A stretch of 64,000 nt of DNA, taken from contig CAJINV010000001.1 in assembly GCA_905178155.1 (NCBI GenBank), forward strand, positions 13,429,712 through 13,493,711, read 5' to 3'. Below, piece after piece: positions 51,249-60,310 of this stretch (position 1 is the stretch's first letter; each line of letters begins with the position of its first letter). Under the pieces are notes generated by a model. The model searched no databases. It worked only from the letters and a program-made list of their open reading frames with translations, and had not been told where the DNA came from. The DNA is from Amoebophrya sp. A120. Its lineage: Eukaryota > Protista > Dinoflagellata. The position numbers and the translations under genes are program-made.

Positions 51249-54200
51249 TTACTCGGCTTTTTTCTTTTCTCCGCGAAGCCCGAAAATTTTTGGCGTTCCA
51301 GCGGGCGTGACTTGCAGGGCCTGCAGTGCCTTCATCAACGGACTCAGGAGGCCGTCCGTGTTCTCTTTGTTTTGCTCATCTTGATCGTTATCCTCCTCGG
51401 CATAGAGGCTTTCCGGGCTGTCTAGCGTGTTTGCAATCACAGGGTCGCAAGAAGATTGCGTACAGCCCTCGGTCTGGTCCGCGGCAGAAGAAATATCGCT
51501 CCCCAAACTCGCTGGCCTGGTCGTTCGCGAGGTCGTTCCCTCACCGATGAAGGCGCAGCGGCCACTCGGCGTGCCGTCCAAAGACGACGGCGCTAGCGAG
51601 TCCGTCCCAACGGGGCTTGGATTTGTTCCGAGGATTGCGGAAAGCCCGGCTGATGCCCACTCCGTAGTTCGAAGATCCACGTACTCCTGCTGGGTTCCCA
51701 TCTGGGATCGATAGTACCCACACGACGATGTTGACCCCACCCCGGCGTTTACATTTTCTACAGGCACTAAGAGGCGCACACCGGACAGCGCAAACTTGTA
51801 CCGTTCCGTTGCTTCGTCCCAATACAAATCGAACACAGCGGAACCGAGGTTCTCGTGCATCGATTTCTTCCGCGCGGCCTGCTCGGATTCTTCCGTCCTC
51901 AACGTCCACTCATCGGAGGTACAGCAATCCTTATCCTGATCAGCGTGTTGCCGCCCGTTACTATCAGGATTGCAATTAGATGCTGTTCCGTCCCACGAAA
52001 CGCCTCCGGCATCTTCCTCTTCGCCACCCACCGATTCTGCATGCATCGTGGCGAACTGGGAGCAAATTCTCGGAAGTTGCTTCTCTCTGGACGATGTGTC
52101 TGAGGTCGTCCACAAGAATCCCGTCCTGCTTCCCCGGCCGCACGCACAGCATCGCCTTCGCAACCGCTGCAATGCGGAAGCCGATGCTGTTTGATCATCT
52201 CCGACTGTCGTCGAAAATCTCATTCCAAAGCCGGGTCCTCGCACTAAACGATCTTCACCTTCGTCTTCGTCGACCATCACGCTGAGCTCTTGCATCTTCA
52301 ACAGCCCGGCGTTCTCGGGGATAGTCATGCTGTTTGGTGTAGAAGTACCCCCACCAGCCGAGCCTATCAAAATGGAAAATCCCCCCACCCCATATCAAAA
52401 CGGAAATTTGTGATGCTGATTTGGGGCCACAAATCAACTTTGTATTGCAGAGAGGCATTGCGGCCAGATCCCCAGGCTAGGTAGAGGCGCATGTGTCTAG
52501 CTGTTCAGCATGGCAAACGACTCCCCTTCAGGCCCACCAGCATGGCAAATCGCTTCCATAATGGGGCGGAAGCTTCTGCGCTTGTCTTCTTGCAAGACAG
52601 ATGTGATTTGTGACCTCAAATCCGCAACACAAATCTTTGGAAGCATACTTTTTCAATATGGGGAGGGGGGATTTTTCCTCTCAATAGAGCCGCCTTGCTT
52701 GCCACTTCCGTACAATTTGTTCCCCGACCGCGCATATCAAAAGTAAAAATGTCTGGGTCTGGAAGAATGCGCGATTTATCATGCAGCTTTTCCATGACCC
52801 ATGAGGTCCGGAATACAGGACCTAGCATGACAGATTCTGTGCGATCTTTCTCATGCCTATCCTGCATGAGAAACTGCCTCCCGACTCGGTCAAAACTGGG
52901 CGACTTTTGGTAATCATGCAACACAGATTTTTGCATGCTTCAGACTTAGCATGACAAGTTGCATTCTTCCAGACCCAGACATTTTTACATTTGATAGCCC
53001 AAGCGGTGAGAGCAAAATTTGCTTCGACGCGTCGGACAGCATCTCGTCGGAAGAAGAGGACTCGTCGTCATCCTGGGCGTAAAACAAGTCCGCGTGGTTG
53101 TTTGTTCTGCCCGCCGCGTAGTAAAAATGCATCCCGATCGCAACATGCAGTTCTTGCGAGGCACTTGATCTTCGGCCTGAAGATGACACAACAGCAACTC
53201 TGCTGTCGGCACCAAACACGAAAGGGCCCGCTGAAATGGTTGAGCTGGCGCTGGAGCTCTGTCGTTCGAATTGGCCAGCAAGAGGAGTAGAATCGTGGTC
53301 TCTACGATTGGAGGACCCTTGTTGGCTCGGACTGCCGTCGGGCGACGTCGTCCGACTGGCTGTAAACACCGTTGTTGGGTTAATGTCTGCTTTTTTATCC
53401 GTCGACGACTTTGCAGAAGATGTGGTTTCGTCAGAAGTAGAGCGTCGATTATATTTCGCTAGGTCCAGAACGACCAAATCCTCAGCCGCAAAGACGACAA
53501 GGTCGCTGACGGCACCACGAGAGAAATCAAACCTGTGTGCCTGCAGGGTCGGCTCTTGGATCAGTTCTCCCTCACGCTGCAGCATCGTGTCCCAAAGAAA
53601 AGCACTAACGTCATCTTTGGACGCGACTTGGAGCTTCGACCCGGCAACGATTGTCAGGCTCTTCGCGGGCCCGCGCGAGGAGCAGATATTTCTTCTTCTC
53701 GGCGAGGACCCTCGATGAGAGCTAGCCCGGCTGTGCGCTGGATTGTGCTTTGTGCCGGAATTGGTGCAACCCCGTGCTGTATTTATTTTACCGTGCTTTG
53801 ATTGGTTATTTCGGTGCTGCGCACCATCAGCAGATCCCGAGATATACTGAACAACGCTCTGCCACGGAGAACCAAAGACCGAGGAAGAAGAGGTTGAAGA
53901 CCCGTGCCGTACCTCCGCCTCGCACCTACTATTGTCGGATAGTTTTTTTCCACTTGCAGACGCAGATTCGGACACCAGCACACGACCATCCCTATTCAAT
54001 TCCAGTGCAGTTGTGTCTACCCCGACACAGTACGCAGAAGTAAGCAGCAGCGACGGGCCCACGATGACCCCGGTACATTCGTGACTCCGCGAGTAGAACC
54101 GCTGTCCCTGTACGAGCACCACCGATTTGGCCATGTCACCCACCAGCTGCTTCGTCGGGTCCGGACCCATCATGTGCAGTGACCCCATTTTGAAACGAAA

Positions 54201-54326
54201 CTCATCAACGGTTTTTGCAGCAGAGGCAAAAATCTGGGTGCGATCGTCGGGGAAGAGCAGCTGGTGTGGGCCGGCGAGACCTGCAACCCAGCGGAGCAGC
54301 AGTCCGGTGAGCGAAAAGAACTTCAT
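51249..54326 (-). CDS. Secreted trypsin-fold (S1) pseudoprotease, ~827 aa; exons 54326-52997, 52729-52691, 52363-51249
   Basis: Signal-like MKFFSLTGLLLRWVAGLAG; HECTGVIVGPSLLLTSAYCV, DLVVLDL, NLGSAVF, FALSGV, CGY..YVDLR..W. The frame is restored by removing two introners (2484-nt CDS). Confidence 0.65.
52365..52686. mobile_element. IR-DR introner (family B), 322 bp, 5-bp TSD GAGCC; can be read as a GC..AG intron 52364-52690
   Basis: Left end tatcaaaatggaaaatccccccaccccatatcaaaa; reverse complement of right end tattgagaggaaaaatcccccctccccatattgaaaa. Confidence 0.88.
52735..52996. mobile_element. IR-DR introner (family A), 262 bp, 36-bp TIR with one mismatch, TSD GCGCA/GCCCA
   Basis: tatcaaa(a/t)gtaaaaatgtctgggtctggaagaatgc at both ends in inverted orientation; central hairpin tttctcatgc..gcatgagaaa. 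Confidence 0.92.
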
Positions 54327-55806
54327 CCTGTTCGCACAAAGGAGAAGCGGTGCAGTTGTTTGTGGCAACAAGCTTCACATGCAGCCTCCAATCGGCTTTA
54401 TCAGTTCCTGTGAGTTGTGCCACTGCACTTAGTACTTATTTTCGCGAGGACTGGCTCCTTGTGGTTGTATTCTCTAAGATTGTTCGCGACAAAAAAATTG
54501 AACGGAGCCTGTTCCCGAAATTGAAAAGCGAACGGCAAGAATTTTCGCAGCACAGTAAACGCCACCTCAATGCAAGTTATCGCCGGTCCGTTGGATCAAC
54601 ATCGCCCGATTTCGAATTTCAAAGAACTACTTCGCCTCGCTGACCTGGGCTCGCGACCACTTGGAGGCAGCAAGCTGGATTCGACTCTTTTGCAGAGGGA
54701 ACGAAAGCTCGGATCCTTGTGACGATCACAGCTGCGTGCCAGGAACAAAGCGCCGCTGCATCCTAGAAAACCAAAACTGTCGAAGAAGAAAACATTAGAC
54801 AGGGTTTTCGTTTTCTGTTTGGGTTTTTCAAATTTTTTGCTAGCGAGGATCTTCCGCTAAAACGACACAGGTGATTTTTGCAAGCTCTCTCTGTTGCGAA
54901 GGGCTTCCTTTGAAGCCCCTTTCCGCAGCAAATTCTTCGTACTGTCAAAATAACGCAGCACTTCCTTCCTATTCATCCCAAAACCATGGTACATTTCTCT
55001 AGCCCTGGACGAGGCTCGTGGTGCTGCAATTTCAGTACTAAAAGGTGCTTCCTTGAGTTCATCGTTTAGTACTGAATCAAATTCGGAAAAGAAAACGGGA
55101 AAGGCTAATTAATACTTGCTTGGAAACAATTTGCTTGTGTCGGCAAAACACAACACCTCAAATTTCTTTGTCGCAGAAATTCTGCCGTTGGCGGTGAAAA
55201 GTCAAGATGCACAGTGAAGTTACTTTTGCAAGTAATCGTGTATTTGATGATGTAGTGAAACCATAAATGATCGATAGATCTTCTGTATCAAGTACTAGCA
55301 GCAACCGTCTATGGTTATACGGCGCACTGGGTGCTTAGTGCATATTAATGCTACGATAGGAGGCTGCCTCGATTGCTGTTGTTGAAAAAAAGTTTTCATC
55401 TAGTTCCAAAATTTATCAGCTCTTCCCCGTTGTGGTGGTACAGCGTAGAGTTTAAGTTCCGCAGATAATTTGGCTTGCTTTGAAACCAAACGACAAGCGA
55501 GAACTTATCACTTACTTTCTCGATCAAACGATACGAAGATCGTATAGAAAATACAACTTTTGAAGTAGTCAAAAACTATTCTCCGACTTTCTTGATGCAA
55601 CTCTTTTAATGCTTTCTTCCAAACTATCATAGGTATAGGAGCTCGTCTGATATTACAACTACTTTAATTAGTTTTTCCTTTTGCTAAGACTCCTGCTCCG
55701 TACGTCGGCATCGAAACTTCATGGTACGATGAACAAAATCACAGCGACAAACAATAGCGAAATTTTCAGATGACCTTCCCAATTCCGTCGCTAATACCTA
55801 GCCCAT

Positions 55807-58800
55807 TTACTCGTGGAACTCTTCCGCCTCCAGGAACTCTTCCTCCTCGCGCGCGGTCTCGGTGTGCTCCATCGGAATCTGTTCCATCTGCAAAAAGTTG
55901 TTGTACAGCTCCTGACTGCTCGTGGGCTCACTAATATCCTCGCTCTCCTCCTCGGCCTTGTCCGCACAACTGGCCGCGCCCCCGCCAGCCCCCGCACTTT
56001 GGGTCGTCGACGTTGGTTCCTCTGCAGACAATCGTGTACAACTACCCTGTTCCCGTTCAGCGTCGTGGGCCGCCTGCTCCGCGAGCGGCACCCGCTCGAT
56101 CCAGTACCCTTTGTTCAGCTTCACGATCCGGCACACCTTCTGCAGATCCGGGCGCCGCATCAGATCGAGCAGCTTCGTCTCGTGGAACACGGTTTCGGAC
56201 AGAATCTTCTGGAAGACCGACCGAATCTTGATTTTCACCACGGACAAGTTGAATCCGGTCGGCGACGCCTCGAGCAGGACGCTGATGTACCGCTGCAGCT
56301 CGGCCATGGTTTGCACGTACATGTCCGGGTTCTCGCAATGCGCGGCACCGGCGGCGCCCGCAAGCGTGCCGTCGGCGTTCGAAACATCACCACCTCCCTC
56401 GGCCCCCGCATGGTCCCCGCCACCGAGAAGCGGCCCGGGGTAGGAGATCGCGTTGGGCGCCCCGACGAGGGCGTTCTTGAAGGAGCAGCAGGCGGACACC
56501 GGAAGCAGCATCGAGTTCTCGTACGCCAGCACCTTGCGCTGGATGGCGCGCTCGACGATGTGGCAGGTTTCGCCGATGGTGTACCCCTGAAGAAAGTCCA
56601 GAGTGCGGTTCTGCAGCTCCTGCGCCATGCCGTAGCGGCCGCGGTGGAAACAGATGTCGCCCGGCATTTCCTTCAAGCGCTTCTCCAGGTACTCGGTCAG
56701 CGCCGGCCACAGCTCGTCCGGGTACGACTCCTCGGGAGAGTTGGGGTCGATCCAGCCCCGGAACCCCAGCGACACGCGGGTAAACTGCACGTTGGGGCAC
56801 TCGTCGACGTTGTAGTAGTCGGGCTTCTCCGCACTGTCGTCCTCCTCGGTCTCGTCCTTCTCCCACTGCACGATGTACCCCGGCATGGCGTCGTAAAACG
56901 TCAAGAACTGGCCCAGCAGCATCTCGCGCGCCCCATACTGCTGCAGGCGGGCCTTCAGCACCTTTTCCCCCGGGAAAATCCGGTCGTCGTACAGACTCTG
57001 CAGCGCGTCCGACATGATCGAAATCTCGTCGCGCGTGAGGATGTACACCGTCGTGTCCGGCTCATCGGTCGTCGTCAACTGGGTCGACATCCGCGGGTCG
57101 CGCTCCGGAGGGGGAGCAGTCGTGCTGGTTGCACTACCAGCAGCTGCGGTTATCGTTTCGTCCGTGCTTTTTGTCGGTCCCAGAGCTCCTGCAGAAGTGC
57201 TTCCCCCCTTCGGCAGCGCCGGCGCAGTGGTGACGCAGAAGCACAGCAGCCCGGAGTTGAGCTGCTTGCCCGCGAGCGACGGCTGGCGCGGGTTGGCGGT
57301 GGGCTTTCCGTCCTTGCCCCACTTGCCCCGGCCCTTCGCGCCGCTGGTCTGGTCCCGGTAGGCCGCGCGGACGCGCGCGGACTTGATGCCGGTCCACCAG
57401 TTCTTGCTCTGCTGGCCGTTCTGGCTCTGCATTTGCTGGAAGTGCCCGAAGTTCTCCAGCGTCAGTTTCGCGTTCGTCTTCGTGCCCGAGTAGGTGCGGA
57501 GCAGGTCGCCGAGCAGACTTTCCATCTTCGAATCCTTCCCCATCTTCCCGCCGGCTGTCCGTTCGCTCGGGGTGGGGGGCGCCGGCGGCCGCAGGGACGA
57601 GGACCCCCGGGCGGTGTAGTCGGGCGAGTGGTCGTCGCGAATGTGCCCCGAGCTGTCCCATTCCGGGACGTTTTCCGATCCCCCTTCCAGCTGAGACTCG
57701 TCGTCCGGCGACCGTGCGTACGCCGCCGATCCGTAGTTGATTTGCGGGTCGTAGGGGTCCAAATACGCTTGTTTCCCGTACCTCGGCTGATCCGCACCGG
57801 TGTAGATATCCGCTCCCTTGTAGTACTGGTGCTGGTGGACGGCAGCCCCCTTCTTTCCGTGTTTGCTGCTCCCGTAGTGATCGAAATTCTGTTGGTCCTG
57901 CATCAGATCGCCTTTGCCGCTGTCCTTGCTGTAGCTCCAGTCCTGGTGGTAATAATGCCCACCACCGGCGCCCTTGTACACGCCGCTATTTTTGTCCTTG
58001 TACGATCCTTTTGGAGGAAAAGCTCCTTTCATGCCGCCCTTGTAATGACCACCTGGAGGTGCAGCTCCGCCATACTCTTCTTCGTACTGGAACGCGCCCT
58101 TCTTGTTCATCGACTGCTTCCCTCCTCCGGGATATTGTTGATAGGGCACCGCACTATTGCCGCCCTTCCCGGGATTGATCAAGCTGCCCGCCTTTTTGTA
58201 CTTACCATACTTTCCTTGACGAATCACACCGCCCTTGTACGTCGAGCCGTGGTGCGGCGGGCCGTAGTACGGCGGAGGCGCGCCCCCTTTCATCGGCGGC
58301 GCGTGCTCCGGGCCGGACAGGATGGAAAAGTCTTGGAAGTTGTCCTGGTTGTCAAACATTTCCAAGTGGTCCCGGCTGGTGTCGTGGATCGCGGAAACAT
58401 CCGCGCTCATCACGTGATACCCGCTGTTCTGCATGTTGTGAAACGAGTTCTGCTCGTGCCCGTAGTTGTCCGGATGGTGGGGATCCAGATTACCGTGCGG
58501 GTGCGCCGTGGGGTGTTCCACCTGCTGGTAGTAGTAATTGTCAGCCGGAGGAGGTGGACCACCCTGAGGACCACGATGATGCTGCGCCGGGTCCTGATGT
58601 GCTGGTCCGACATGATGACTGTTTGTCCCCGGCGGAACACCACTACCCGGGTGCGGCACGCCGGCCGGACCCGCGCCCCCGGGCGCCCAGGTGCCCGCAA
58701 AACTGGTCGCGCCGGTGGTCACCGAACCGCCGTTGGAGGTGCTGAACGTCCGCCCGGATGCCGCGGTCGAGGGCGGGCCTGGATGGCTGTGACTGGCGTG

Positions 58801-59283
58801 GTTCAGCATCCCATGGTGGGTTCCCGCGGGCTTGTCGACAAACATGCCATGATCGGAGGAAGTCGGAGGCCCCTGCTCGCTCGGCAGACCGAAATCCATG
58901 TGGCTAGCGGCATTGATCGCGTCGAAAAAACTGCTCGTATGGATTGTAAAAACGATCTGGGTCTGGGTCTGGAAGGTTGGAACTTGTAATGCTAGCTTTC
59001 CATACCTAGAAAATCTGTATTGCATAACCAACAAAAGTCGCAGTCCTTTTTGTCATGCAAAAACGCAGTTTCTCATGCGGATTGCCTATGAGAAAGCGTT
59101 TTGGGAAGTTGTCATGCCGGACTGCATTCAGAAAGTCTTCATCATGCACATTTTAGCATCACAAGTTTCCAGACCCAGACATTTTTGCATTTCATAGCTC
59201 GGAATGGCGTCCAACTCGTTGTCCTCGCCGGAAAGGGCCGAGCTCTCCTCCACATCCAGCTCGGGCACGGCCACCGTCGTCAT
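55807..59283 (-). CDS. OST-HTH-associated (OHA) plus LOTUS/OST-HTH domain protein with a His/Gly/Pro/Tyr-rich disordered N-terminus, ~1070 aa; exons 59283-59197, 58932-55807
   Basis: Motifs LQSLYDDRIFP, GWIDPNSPEESYPDELW, RGRYGMAQEL, GETCHIVERAI, LSETVFHETKLLDLM are typical of myzozoan OHA/LOTUS proteins. Exon 1 joins in frame after introner removal. Confidence 0.78.
58938..59196. mobile_element. IR-DR introner (family A), 259 bp, perfect 5-bp TSD GCTCG
   Basis: Ends tatggattgtaaaaacgatctgggtctgggtctggaa and ttccagacccagacatttttgcatttcata. Removing 264 nt gives DAIPS|SFFDAIN in frame. Confidence 0.92.
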
Positions 59284-60310
59284 GGCTGCTCGTCCTACGG
59301 AAATTTCTCCCGAAGATGCCGCAATAAAACGACAGGTTTTTTCAAACTGGTGGCAGAGTCAGTCGTGCGCTGTCAGCCGCAAAAAGCAGACAGAGCCCGA
59401 CACACAAAGACAGCCACGACGACCAAACGGTCGAAGATGAAACAAGTTTTTTCCTTCGAATTGCAGTTGTATTGTTTTGCAAGAACTCTCTCACACGCAG
59501 ACGTCGTATTGCTTGGCAACCTTTCTTTGAAACGCACAAGAAATATTCTACCGGAAGAAGCACAGAAGAGTGGAGGAAGCGTAAGTTATTTGTGTCACAG
59601 AACAAAGCCTCATAGTGAAGGGTACAGAGGGCGTTCGTCGCACCCTGGCCTCATCAAAGCGCCTACCTCGGAAACTACCAACACGTCGAGCCGGCTTGGA
59701 CTGCTTCGACGTGTACCGCAAACAAATTCTTTCCCAACTCAACAACCAACAACGCAGTCGCCGACCTACACACAAAAAGGCAAACGCACAACTCGACACA
59801 CCATAGGAACAGAAATAAAAGTAAGCGTCAGCATTGACCACCAGTAGCTTTCCTACTTTCGGCTGTGTTTGTAAAATTTTCCATCAGGAAACTTTAACAG
59901 TACGCAAAACCCTCCGTGCAGACACATCAAGTAGCTCTGAAGAAACAAACGTATGAACGCATCATCGATTGAATATTTTGCATTTTTTTCTTACACGACA
60001 ATTTCTAGGCAAGTTGTAACCACTTCATGGAAACCAAAACATCATCTGGCCAAAAATCTGTGCATGCACGATGTATGTATGACAAGAGCGAGCACGTCGA
60101 CAAAAGCAAAGTACTTAAGTGGATGTATGTGATGATGGAAATGAACGTACAAATGTTCAAACCGTTTTTTTCAAAACTGAAAATCACTCCGCGGCAGCTT
60201 TTCACCTTTAATACAAAGAAACCAGCGTACGTTGTAAATTATCGGCAGCAAAAACTCTGTCTAGTACTTTGATGGCCCTCCTGGCACTATGCCGAGATCG
60301 AACAAGGTCG

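Noticed and set aside
52735-52996. Reading this element as a Tc1/mariner MITE with a TA target duplication
   Set aside because: Removal on that basis shifts the frame. The 5-bp duplication model restores it and fits all five elements.
55813-58989. 1058-aa plus-strand ORF (also 6938-8077, 3836-4756, 27492-28574, 29731-30621)
   Set aside because: Antisense shadows of GC-rich minus-strand genes; no recognisable motifs.
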